Shown piece by piece: positions 1 through 9,434 of a stretch of 46,156 nt of DNA; position 1 is the stretch's first letter; each line of letters opens with the position of its first letter. The notes under the pieces are model-generated. The model did no database searches. It saw nothing but the letters and a program-made list of their open reading frames with translations, and was not told the origin of the DNA. This DNA comes from Promethearchaeia archaeon. GTDB lineage: Archaea > Asgardarchaeota > Lokiarchaeia > Sigyniarchaeales > SOKP01. Made by a program: the position numbers and the translations under genes. Location of the stretch: the NCBI GenBank assembly GCA_029856125.1, contig JAHQWJ010000036.1, positions 1 through 46,156 on the forward strand. The letters are read 5' to 3'.

Positions 1-82
1 TAATAGAACTATCTTGTAAAATAATAAATAAAGTTAGTATTGATTAAATTCAGTATCCTAAAGATAACAAAAAGCTTGATTT

Positions 83-1123
83 TCATTCATTACTACTATA
101 ACGCTTTATTAACAATTCTTTTAACAAATCTAAATTTTCTCCAGATAAGGCGTTAATTAAAAAGCAATCTTTTTCTTCCACATTTAACATTTTTCTAAGA
201 GATTTAATTTCTTCTGCGCTGGCTAAATCCATTTTATTGAATACAATTACTATTTCGATTTCTCCTTCTTTTGTAAAATTATTTTTAATTTCATGGTATA
301 AATCTAATTGCGAATCAATTGAATAGCCACATGAGGGTGTGGGATCAAATATAAAAATAATTAAATCTGATATTAATCGCAGAGCTAGAATTGCTTGGAG
401 TTCAATGTTGTTTCTTTTCGACATAGGGCGATCTAAAATTCCTGGTGTGTCTAAAAATTGTAACTTGATTTGACTATACCGTTTTTCGATATCAAAATGC
501 CCCATTATTAGTTTTTTTGTAGTAAAAGGGTATTCTTGCACTTCAATTCTCTTGTTTGTGGATATCTGCTTAACAAAACTACTTTTGCCTACATTAGGGT
601 AACCTGCAACAACTATGCTGCGCAATGTATAATCGAGTGAGGGAATTTCTTTTAAACGCCCCCTAATTTTATTTAAATATTCCAGATTAGGATTCTGTTT
701 ATTGATAATTGAAGATATTCTACCAAACGCAGCCCTTCGTATTTGATCGGCATCTTTAGGAGTTTCAATTTGACTTAATTTCTTTGAGAATAACCTTTGT
801 AGTTTTCTCAACAATGGTAAAATTCCGTTTAATTTTCCCAGAGTTAGTCTTAATTCGTCAACATCAACTAAAAGTGAAGCTAGCTCTTTGTAGAAATCGG
901 GTAATTCATCAATCATCGGAACTCTCTTAATAATAGTTAAAATCCGATCTAGCAATTCTTCAATGGCTACTTTAATCCGTTTAGATTCTTTTTTTTTCGC
1001 CTTAAGGAGAATAGGGGCATTTTTAGAGACTTGAGCGCTACTTTTCATAGCTCTACTGAAAGCTATATCTAAGAGCTCTTTTGAATTAGGGACGTGAAAA
1101 AATTCTAAAAAAGGATTCTTCAT
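83..1123 (-). CDS. NOG1-family (Obg-like) GTP-binding protein, ribosome biogenesis
   Basis: N-terminal helical NOG1 region (ELLDIAFSRA, LPDFYKEL); G1 GYPNVGKSS, G2 YPFTTK, G3 DTPGILDRPM..RNNIE, G4 NKMD. Confidence 0.92.
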   Translation of the reverse strand: MKNPFLEFFHVPNSKELLDIAFSRAMKSSAQVSKNAPILLKAKKKESKRIKVAIEELLDRILTIIKRVPMIDELPDFYKELASLLVDVDELRLTLGKLNGILPLLRKLQRLFSKKLSQIETPKDADQIRRAAFGRISSIINKQNPNLEYLNKIRGRLKEIPSLDYTLRSIVVAGYPNVGKSSFVKQISTNKRIEVQEYPFTTKKLIMGHFDIEKRYSQIKLQFLDTPGILDRPMSKRNNIELQAILALRLISDLIIFIFDPTPSCGYSIDSQLDLYHEIKNNFTKEGEIEIVIVFNKMDLASAEEIKSLRKMLNVEEKDCFLINALSGENLDLLKELLIKRYSSNE

Positions 1124-1178
1124 TGAAGTTCAAACTTAAATTTTATTAGTTACATAAAAGAAGCCTAAGCCAAAAATA

Positions 1179-2540
1179 TTACGATTTCGCTTTTAAATCC
1201 ATAATCTTCTGCTCTACATCTGAGACTTTATTTGATAAATCAATGCTTTCTTTAGGAATTGATAGGTATAATTCAAGGATGTACTGATATCTTGACAAGG
1301 CTCTTGAAAAATTATTTGAATTTTCTTCTTTTTCAGCCTTCTTTTGAACCAACTTTATCTTTTCAATCTTACTCCTAATATCAGGCGATAGAGCGGTATG
1401 CCGTTGTTGTAGTTTCTCGCTGTATCTTTGTTTCTCACTCATCACTGTTGAAACTCTTTTTTGAAATTCTTGTTCTTGTTTTACTTTATTTAATCTTGCG
1501 ATTTCTCCTTTCTTTTCTTCTTCTTTTTTATGCAAATCAATATTTTTGAGTTCTTTCTCTAAAATACCTATCTGATTGTGCCAGCCAAGTTGAGTAAATA
1601 ATTCAATTGCTTCATTATAAAAGATTTTTGCTTCGTCGTACTCTTTTTGTTTAAGTTTCTGGTTTCCTTTTTCTAATAGTTCTTGTCCTTTAGCAATCAG
1701 TTCGTCCTTTTGTTTTTTTTCCTCTCGCAAAGTATGTAATTTATTCTGTTTTTCTTTCCATTTGCTCTCAAAATTCTCTTGTTGGTCTTTCACATTAGAT
1801 AGTGATGTTTTTTCAAGGTCTCTGTTTCTTTTCTCAGTTATTTTCATCTGTTCAAGTAATTTAGAACCTTTAGGGCGAGTTGTATTTGATTTATTTCTTA
1901 TTGTACTTTTGTATTCTTCGATCTCAACTGGTCGAGAGTTAGCCCCTAAACCCTGTTGTATTCTTTGCCTCCTTCTCTCAGCGGAAGCTAGAGACACAAT
2001 ATCTTTTAATTTTATAGGAACTCCTTTAGATTTTCGAAATTCTGCCATGCGTTGATAATCTTTTATCTCATTTATTTGCCATAAAATTTGTTTACACTCA
2101 TAATCATGTTCGAGATGCTTAAATGCGCTATAAGCTTCGTTATATAATTTTAATGAGTCTTCATATTTATCTTCAAGCGCTAAATTTCGAGCTTTTTCTA
2201 GAATAATATTACCATTTGCTTCCGATATTTGAGTGTTCTCGGATTTTGCTTCTTCTAATCTTTCTAAGCTTGATTTTAACTGAGATTTAGGTTCAATCTT
2301 TTCTTGATTTCCTTCATACCTTTGTATGGACCCTTTTTCATCTCCTTTTAACCGTCTCAACCTAACTATTTCTTTAATAATTATTGAAACTTGCCCATTT
2401 AATCCCAATTTAGTGTAATTATCTTTTGCTTGCATCAAAGCTGTAATCGCTAATTCGTAATTTTTATCCCTCTCAGCAATTTTCGACTGGTTTTCCAACT
2501 CTTCTGCTTCCTTTAATAAATCTGTTTCTCTATTTAACAT
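1179..2540 (-). CDS. Charged helical protein with four TPR/MIT-like three-helix modules joined by coiled-coil
   Basis: Repeated pattern e.g. LLEKGNQKLKQKEYDEAKIFYNEAIELFTQLGW and ILEKARNLALEDKYEDSLKLYNEAYSAFKHL; 453-aa E/K/Q-rich ORF. Confidence 0.65.
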   Translation of the reverse strand: MLNRETDLLKEAEELENQSKIAERDKNYELAITALMQAKDNYTKLGLNGQVSIIIKEIVRLRRLKGDEKGSIQRYEGNQEKIEPKSQLKSSLERLEEAKSENTQISEANGNIILEKARNLALEDKYEDSLKLYNEAYSAFKHLEHDYECKQILWQINEIKDYQRMAEFRKSKGVPIKLKDIVSLASAERRRQRIQQGLGANSRPVEIEEYKSTIRNKSNTTRPKGSKLLEQMKITEKRNRDLEKTSLSNVKDQQENFESKWKEKQNKLHTLREEKKQKDELIAKGQELLEKGNQKLKQKEYDEAKIFYNEAIELFTQLGWHNQIGILEKELKNIDLHKKEEEKKGEIARLNKVKQEQEFQKRVSTVMSEKQRYSEKLQQRHTALSPDIRSKIEKIKLVQKKAEKEENSNNFSRALSRYQYILELYLSIPKESIDLSNKVSDVEQKIMDLKAKS

Positions 2541-2653
2541 CTTTTATCGTTAGGTTTTTCCTTACTATAATAAAATAACAAAAAAAATTTAATAAAATTA
2601 TTCAATCAACGCTCATTGAAGAGGTTAAAAATATAATATAAACTCAAATTAAT

Positions 2654-3748
2654 ATGTCTTCTGAAAAAATTAAAATTGGGATTTTAGGAGCTACCGGGAT
2701 CGTTGGTCAAAATTATATTAAACTATTGATTGGACATCCATGGTTTGAAATCGTAGATGTTGCAGCATCACCCAGATCGGCAGGAAAGCTATATAAAGAA
2801 GCGGTTAAAGGAAAGTGGCAAATGCCTATGGATATTCCCACGGAAATTAGAAATTTAATGGTCCGGGACGTCCAAGATTTTAATTCTCTTAAATCTGAGG
2901 TTAGTTTTGTGTTTTCAGCAATGGATTTACCTAAAAAGGAAGAAACAAAAGAAATTGAGTTTAAATACGCAAAAAAGGGCATTCCTGTTATAAGTAATAG
3001 CTCAGCGAACAGATGGACTCCTGACGTACCGATGATCATACCAGAAATCAACTATGATCACATAAATGTAATCCCCATCCAGCAGAAAAATAGAAACTTG
3101 TCGCGAGGATTTGTGACCGTTAAACCAAATTGTTCTATTCAAAGCTACATGGCCCCTATTTATGCTCTGGAAAGAAAAGGATATAAAGTTGAAAAATTGA
3201 TAGTAACGACTCTTCAAGCTGTTTCTGGAGCAGGTTATCCTGGAGTTCCCTCACTTGATATGTTGGATAACATTGTTCCTTACATCGGAGGAGAAGAAGA
3301 AAAGTCTGAGAAGGAACCACTCAAAATTTTAGGACATATTGGCGAAAATGGAATAATTAACGATGATTCGATTCAAATAAGCGCAACTTGCACCAGAGTA
3401 CCTGTTACGGATGGACATACTGCTAGCGTCAATATTAAATTTAAAAATCAAATTCCAAGCAAAGAAGACATAATTAAAATTTGGAAGGAGTTCAAATCGG
3501 TCCCTCAAGAGCTTAATCTACCCTTTGCTCCAAAACAACCAATTATATATTTGGATAATCTAAATAGACCTCAACCCAAAAAAGACAGAGATAACGACAA
3601 AGGCATGGCGGTTACGGTTGGTCGATTAAGGAAGGACACCATTTTCGATTATAAATTTATTGCGCTAAGCCACAATACAATCAGAGGTGCAGCAGGTGGA
3701 GCAATATTAAATGCAGAATTATTGAAAGCTAAAGGATTCATAAAATAA
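2654..3748 (+). CDS. asd: Aspartate-semialdehyde dehydrogenase (archaeal/fungal type)
   Basis: GILGATGIVGQ Rossmann motif, catalytic KPNCS, QAVSGAG, RVPVTDGH, HNTIRGAAGGAILNAE. Confidence 0.96.
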   Translation: MSSEKIKIGILGATGIVGQNYIKLLIGHPWFEIVDVAASPRSAGKLYKEAVKGKWQMPMDIPTEIRNLMVRDVQDFNSLKSEVSFVFSAMDLPKKEETKEIEFKYAKKGIPVISNSSANRWTPDVPMIIPEINYDHINVIPIQQKNRNLSRGFVTVKPNCSIQSYMAPIYALERKGYKVEKLIVTTLQAVSGAGYPGVPSLDMLDNIVPYIGGEEEKSEKEPLKILGHIGENGIINDDSIQISATCTRVPVTDGHTASVNIKFKNQIPSKEDIIKIWKEFKSVPQELNLPFAPKQPIIYLDNLNRPQPKKDRDNDKGMAVTVGRLRKDTIFDYKFIALSHNTIRGAAGGAILNAELLKAKGFIK

Positions 3749-3755
3749 ATTTAGA

Positions 3756-5315
3756 TTAAAAGTTGTGCTTATCAATCGCAATCTTGAGAAAATCCTTCAA
3801 AAATACGAAACTATTTTTCCTCTTCAGTAGAGAATATGGAGGTATTTCAGGGTAAATTTGAAAAATTTGAGGTTTTTTCAACATTTTCAGAACTTTCAAG
3901 ATGGAAAATAAAGAAATTTTATGGAACTTAAAGATAAATGTATTTAAAATCGTTTCTATAAGGTTTTTGTTAAGGATTAAAATATTTGTTATAAATCCAA
4001 ATCTCTCTGAATAAGCAAACCTTATTGAATCCAAAGATTCATGATCAACACCAGAAAGCTGTTGATTATCAGGTATATTTTTCACTTTCGTGAGAGATCC
4101 ATTTTCTATTTCAAGCAGTATAGTAATTGGTGTTTGGCTATTATTATCGTTATTTTTTTTATCGGAAGTAATAATTAGTAAAATTTTTGCGTTTAATCCC
4201 ACAAATGTATCGAATAACCCGAAAATATAATCAGGAATAGCCCAGTGTGAAAGTTTTTGTAAGTTCAAATCAATACCTAAAAGTCTTATTAAAAATCTAA
4301 TTAACGGATTAAAGGTTTTAGGTTTGGGGTACATTTTCCAATGTAAGTCATGTCCCCTAATTCCATACAAAAACTTTTGAAAGAATAATCTTAAAATCCC
4401 CTTATCAAATGGGATATCATTCTCAAATAATTCTGAAAAAAATTTTAAAATTACGTTGAGGTTAATATTGTATATATTTTCCACCATGAAGGTCTGTTGA
4501 GCTAACTTAATATCTGTAAGTAGCCCATAAGAATTTAAATCGTAATCTTCCCTTTCTATCGGGAATATTTTAACTTCAATATCAGAATTAATCTTATTGC
4601 TTTCGATTTTCTTCAGATTCATGCCAAACGATAGCTGATTAGATGCCGCTGCCACCAAGACATTAAACGACGGAATTAAATCTTCAATAAAAGCGAAGAT
4701 TGATGACAATCTGATGTCTTCAAGAAGACCTAAATTATCTCTTAAAAATTTTAAAATGTTTGGCTCAGGATACATGGCTATTAACTTGCCAGTAAGAGAT
4801 GTTTGTATTAAATCCAAAAAACTTCGGAATATATCTAAATTGGTAGAATTACTAAATTTTTCATAATGACTATTTATTAAATCCAAACCCCTTTTTTTTA
4901 TTATTCTAATACTATTAACCTTAACACCGTGATCTTTTAAAATCGATGACTGAAATTTATTGAAAATCGCATTTATATCCTCCAAATTCTCTTGTTTAAT
5001 TCCAACTAAGTCATTTGGTAATAGTTCGACTGTTTCATGAACTCCTGGTTTATTTGTCTTATATAAATATACACCAAACACAATATTGTCAATATCGAAA
5101 TCTGACACAATGATATCAAGAATATTGTGTTGCTCATTTATAAACTGGGGGTAAAGGATTGCAAACAAATTATACAATAAAAAGGCGTCAATCTGAATAG
5201 GAGTTAAAGGAATTCTGACTTTCTCTTCTAATATTCTCGGGTTTTCAACTATGCTTACCTTTGAATTAAACTTTAAAATATCAAGCCAGTTTTTCCGTAA
5301 ATCTTCGTTAAACAT
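3756..5315 (-). CDS. Hypothetical protein (519 aa), overlaps stop of upstream DUF362 gene
   Basis: Long ORF, 8-bp overlap with 5308-6741 suggests translational coupling; no recognised motif. Confidence 0.7.
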   Translation of the reverse strand: MFNEDLRKNWLDILKFNSKVSIVENPRILEEKVRIPLTPIQIDAFLLYNLFAILYPQFINEQHNILDIIVSDFDIDNIVFGVYLYKTNKPGVHETVELLPNDLVGIKQENLEDINAIFNKFQSSILKDHGVKVNSIRIIKKRGLDLINSHYEKFSNSTNLDIFRSFLDLIQTSLTGKLIAMYPEPNILKFLRDNLGLLEDIRLSSIFAFIEDLIPSFNVLVAAASNQLSFGMNLKKIESNKINSDIEVKIFPIEREDYDLNSYGLLTDIKLAQQTFMVENIYNINLNVILKFFSELFENDIPFDKGILRLFFQKFLYGIRGHDLHWKMYPKPKTFNPLIRFLIRLLGIDLNLQKLSHWAIPDYIFGLFDTFVGLNAKILLIITSDKKNNDNNSQTPITILLEIENGSLTKVKNIPDNQQLSGVDHESLDSIRFAYSERFGFITNILILNKNLIETILNTFIFKFHKISLFSILKVLKMLKKPQIFQIYPEIPPYSLLKRKNSFVFLKDFLKIAIDKHNF

Positions 5316-6741
5316 CGCCGGTGACTCCTTTTTTTTTTATTGGTTTTTTCGATTCTTTATTGATATCTTGATTTAATAGAGCATAATAGAAGGAGAGATT
5401 TGGAACTTGTGTTTTTCCATAATATTTAAGGATAGTATTTAAGCTTGTATGCATGTCTGGTGGACACCCCGGAAGTTCACATATAGATTTGTTTATTTTC
5501 TCTTTTACGATAGGTTTTTTTTGGGAAGAATTTCCTTTCTTTACTTTATCTCCTACGGTTTTAATGATATTATCTTTTGTTGGCACTTGAATATATCGAA
5601 AATCACGATTCTTTGTAGTTTTTACCGCACAGTCTCCAAAAACGATAATATTTTCTACTGTCTCTGGTTCAAGAGGATTCTCACCAATCAACATTGACTG
5701 GTTTTGTATGTACTTTAAATCTTTTGTCATCTGGGTTTTCATGAAATTCAATAGATGATACGCCTCTTTAAAACATGCTGAACATATTCTTCCCGTTTGT
5801 AGATAAGTGTTATTAATCGTAATTTCATTTAATTTATCAACTGAGAAATTAACTACTATCTTGTTAGCATCAAAGTTTTCACCTTTTAAATTAATTTCAG
5901 AAACATTTGTTATTCCTAACTTTCGATTTCTTGCCTCTAAAAGGATATCACTATCTAATAAATCAATTTTTAATAGATTTAATGTAATTAAGTCAACTGC
6001 TACCGCATCAGATCCACTAACTACTAAACCCGTACGAATTAAGTTTGAATCCTTGTAAATAAAGGGGCCGGCGCCTTCTAAGAAATAAAACATATCGTTT
6101 ATAACTAAACAGGGTTTTTTAATACTGAGAACATCAAGAATGTTTGATATTAAATCTTGCTTGTATTGGTCTAATAACAAATAATCTTTCCCACTTCTAA
6201 TTACTTTGTCAATTTTCTGAGATTTAGAAGACACTAAATAATAACAATTCAGTAAAGAAAGCGTACATTTGAATAAGGGGTCAACGCTTACTTGATTGAG
6301 TATAATCAATTTATCAGATTCAAGCACTCTTATTGAATATTCGATATTTTTTCCGTTTACTTCGATACTATCAAAGTGAGACGATACCGGATCATCTAAG
6401 GATATTAATTCTGCTCCAAGGTTTTCTAAATAAGATTTGAGCCCTAAGTTGTCATTAATCGCGCTGGTTTTTAAACCGTAATCTGGAAAGCCTCCAACAT
6501 ATATTTCTTTTGCTCCAGCATCCTTGCATAATACAATTAAAGATCTAAGAGAATCCATGTTAACATTAACAGGAAAGCCACTATGTGCTCTTAAATTAAT
6601 CTTGATAAAAACAATATCTTCTTTTCCAATAAAACTTGAAATCCCACCGAGTAATTCGATCCCGGTGTTTATAGCCTTAGTCGGACTATCGTTTTTGGTT
6701 ATAGCAACATCAGTACTATTAACTTTAGAGTTCTGTTTCAT
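5308..6741 (-). CDS. DUF362-domain Fe-S protein
   Basis: LLGGISSFI..EDIVFIKIN N-terminus, GSDAVAVD, C-terminal CSAC...GDC...LPGCPP cysteine set. Confidence 0.75.
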   Translation of the reverse strand: MKQNSKVNSTDVAITKNDSPTKAINTGIELLGGISSFIGKEDIVFIKINLRAHSGFPVNVNMDSLRSLIVLCKDAGAKEIYVGGFPDYGLKTSAINDNLGLKSYLENLGAELISLDDPVSSHFDSIEVNGKNIEYSIRVLESDKLIILNQVSVDPLFKCTLSLLNCYYLVSSKSQKIDKVIRSGKDYLLLDQYKQDLISNILDVLSIKKPCLVINDMFYFLEGAGPFIYKDSNLIRTGLVVSGSDAVAVDLITLNLLKIDLLDSDILLEARNRKLGITNVSEINLKGENFDANKIVVNFSVDKLNEITINNTYLQTGRICSACFKEAYHLLNFMKTQMTKDLKYIQNQSMLIGENPLEPETVENIIVFGDCAVKTTKNRDFRYIQVPTKDNIIKTVGDKVKKGNSSQKKPIVKEKINKSICELPGCPPDMHTSLNTILKYYGKTQVPNLSFYYALLNQDINKESKKPIKKKGVTGDV

Positions 6742-6806
6742 TACAAAATATTAAAATTAAATAATCAAATAAATCTTTATTAAAATATTAGGAGTTGTTT
6801 TAAAAT

Positions 6807-7682
6807 ATGGAACAAAACACTACAAAAATACTCTTAGAACAAACGCAATTTAATATCCCCTCCGACACAATCGGTATTGATATTGGGCAAAGTCTCGCGA
6901 AGATTTCTTATCTAAAAGATAACGAAATTATCCTTAAAATAGGAGAGACCAATTTTAAGGAAATAGAGGAATTTCTTGATGAAAATACAAGTAAATTTAA
7001 TAAAATTAATTTTACCGGCGGAAAAGCTTATAAGCTTTATAAAAAATATTCAAACAATATTAGTACTAACCTAATCAACGAATTTGAGGCAAACATAAGA
7101 GGGATAGAATTTCTTTATGAATCTTACAAGAAGAAAACATTACCACCATCTCTTATTGTCACATTAGGTACAGGGACTTCATTAGTCCTAAAGAGAGACA
7201 TTATTGAACACTTGGGTGGATCCGCTATGGGAGGAGGTTTTTTTATGGGACTAATTAAACTAATATTTAATATGGATAAATATTTTGATGCAATCGAATT
7301 AGTTCGAAAGGGGAATCGATTTAACATTGATTTAAAAGTAGCTGACATTTACGATATTGAAGATACCAGAGTTGATAAATTATTTAGAGAATTTACTGCA
7401 GCCTCTTTAGGTAAGATTAAAAAAGATTTTGATACTAAATCGCTAAAAAAAGAAGATTTTATTAGCTCCTTAATTGGAATTATTGGAGAAAATGTTGGAA
7501 CGATTGCTACTCTTATGGCTGAAAATTATAACCTAGAAAAAATCGTTTTTTGCGGAGGGTTTCTACTAGAGAATAAACCGTTAAAACAGATTTTATCACT
7601 ACTCTGTAAAATTAAAAGGAAAAAAGCTATTTTTTTAAAAAATTCAGAATATTGTGGGGCTATAGGAGCTCTAATATTATGA
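6807..7682 (+). CDS. Type II pantothenate kinase (Fumble/CoaW-like)
   Basis: GIDIGQSLAK, FTGGKA, NEFEANIRG, LGTGTS, HLGGSAMGGG, DLKVADIY, AASLGK, GAIGA. Confidence 0.88.
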   Translation: MEQNTTKILLEQTQFNIPSDTIGIDIGQSLAKISYLKDNEIILKIGETNFKEIEEFLDENTSKFNKINFTGGKAYKLYKKYSNNISTNLINEFEANIRGIEFLYESYKKKTLPPSLIVTLGTGTSLVLKRDIIEHLGGSAMGGGFFMGLIKLIFNMDKYFDAIELVRKGNRFNIDLKVADIYDIEDTRVDKLFREFTAASLGKIKKDFDTKSLKKEDFISSLIGIIGENVGTIATLMAENYNLEKIVFCGGFLLENKPLKQILSLLCKIKRKKAIFLKNSEYCGAIGALIL

Positions 7683-7793
7683 GCTCTCAATAAATACGCT
7701 ATATTTTAAGATTTATGCTAATTTAACAATAAGAAGATTCAACTAAGTAAGGTTATTTTAGTAAAAGTAGAAATTAAAAAAAAAAAGTATTAA

Positions 7794-9335
7794 TTATAAT
7801 TTTCGCTTCTTATATGCTACAAGTCCGATTATACTAACAGCTATAAACAATAGGTAAAAATTCCCGAAAGGAATCCCTCCAGGGCCACTAACAACAGGAG
7901 GAACAGGTATAGCAAAGTTTGTATGCATTATTTCATAATCTGTACCCCACACACCATTAGTAGCATCTTCCCAGACCACGTGAACTTGGTTTGTACTACT
8001 AGCGATCGCGGGGTCGCTGCTAGAATCATCGTTCCAGTAGACACCACTAAAACCGTCTGAGAGTATAGTTATATTTGACCACTTGTTTATCTTTGTGAAA
8101 TTGACATACATTATTTCGGTATCTATGCCCCATACACCGTCAGTTTCATCGTACCATACTATATGAACTGAGTCGCTACTATCAACAGCGATTGCGGGGT
8201 TCCAACTAAATTCATCATTCCAATAACTGCTATTATATCCGTCAGAGATTACGGTGGCATTAGACCATCCTAAATCAGACGTAAAATAAGCATACATTAT
8301 TTCTGTATCTATACCCCACAACCCGTCAGTATAATCTTCCCAAACTATGTGGACATTATCGCTACTATCAACAGCTATTGCGGGATCGTAACTACTTCCA
8401 TCGTTCCAGTAACTGCCATTATAACCATCCGAGATTACGGTGGCATTAGACCATCCTGTTGCGGTTGTGTATTTAGCATACATTATTTCGGTATCTGTCC
8501 CCCACACACCATTAGTATCATCACGCCATGCTACATGAACAGCGTTGTTACTGTCAATAGCGATTGTGGGATAGAAACTATTGTCATCGTTCCAGTAAAC
8601 ACCACTATAGCCGTCTGAAATTAAAGTAGCATTAGACCAACCTGTTGCGGTTGTATATGTAGCGTACAATATTTCGCCATCTGTCCCCCACATACCGTAA
8701 GTATAATCGTACCATACTACGTAAACTTTGTCGTTACTATCAGTAGCGATTACGGGGTGATAACTATTTCCAACGTTCCAGTAACTACTATCATAACCAT
8801 CTGAAATTAAGGTGGCATTAGACCATCCTGTTGCGGCTGTATATGTAGCGTACCATATTTCGTAATCTGCCCCCCAGTCACCGTCAGTTCCATCGTACCA
8901 TACTACATGAACTTGATCACTACTATCAACAGCGATTGCGGGGTTATAACTATGTCCATCGTTCCAGTAACTGCCATTATAACCATCCGAGATTACGGTG
9001 GCATTAGACCATCCTGTTGCGGCTGTATATGTAGCATACATGATTTCGGTATCAAATCCCCACACACCGTCAGTAACATCTTCCCAAACTGCGTGAACTT
9101 TATCGCTACTATCAACAGCTATTGCGGGATCGAAACTACTTCCATCGTTCCAGTAACTACTATTAAACCCATCAGAAACCACAGTAGCGTTAGAAAAATC
9201 CACCGCACTTGATTTAAGATCGTAATTATTATAAGTGCTAGAAGAAGCTATTGTAGGATTTAATGCAACTGCTAAGATTCCACAGAAGAAAAATAGAAAT
9301 ATTAAAACATATATTATCGAAGATTTTTTTTTCAT
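7794..9335 (-). CDS. Cell-surface seven-repeat beta-propeller protein with signal peptide and C-terminal membrane anchor (Loki-CTERM/PGF-CTERM-like)
   Basis: MKKK plus hydrophobic signal; 7 x ~62-aa repeats WSNATxISDG..YWND..S..PAIAVDS...H.VW.D.T.G.WG.D.EIMY; Pro/Gly linker; IPFG-TM-KKRKL tail. Confidence 0.85.
   Translation of the reverse strand: MKKKSSIIYVLIFLFFFCGILAVALNPTIASSSTYNNYDLKSSAVDFSNATVVSDGFNSSYWNDGSSFDPAIAVDSSDKVHAVWEDVTDGVWGFDTEIMYATYTAATGWSNATVISDGYNGSYWNDGHSYNPAIAVDSSDQVHVVWYDGTDGDWGADYEIWYATYTAATGWSNATLISDGYDSSYWNVGNSYHPVIATDSNDKVYVVWYDYTYGMWGTDGEILYATYTTATGWSNATLISDGYSGVYWNDDNSFYPTIAIDSNNAVHVAWRDDTNGVWGTDTEIMYAKYTTATGWSNATVISDGYNGSYWNDGSSYDPAIAVDSSDNVHIVWEDYTDGLWGIDTEIMYAYFTSDLGWSNATVISDGYNSSYWNDEFSWNPAIAVDSSDSVHIVWYDETDGVWGIDTEIMYVNFTKINKWSNITILSDGFSGVYWNDDSSSDPAIASSTNQVHVVWEDATNGVWGTDYEIMHTNFAIPVPPVVSGPGGIPFGNFYLLFIAVSIIGLVAYKKRKL
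7915..9195 (-). repeat. Seven intragenic tandem repeats with ~186-bp period
   Basis: Identical 68-nt block at 8397-8464 and 8955-9022 (offset 558 = 3 x 186); repeats visible in the protein. Confidence 0.92.
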
Positions 9336-9434
9336 TATTTTTTTAACCCTTTAAAATTTAGAATACTGATAAAGAAAGAATATTCATATTTAAATCAATT
9401 TAGTTAAGAAGAAATAATTAGGCTTAAGATAAAG

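Noticed and set aside
7915-9195. CRISPR array or DGR template/variable repeat
   Set aside because: Repeats are in-frame 186-bp coding units with no unique spacers; no cas or reverse transcriptase gene in the window
8349-9212. Two similar plus-strand ORFs (8349-8618, 8907-9212)
   Set aside because: Antisense shadows of the propeller repeats
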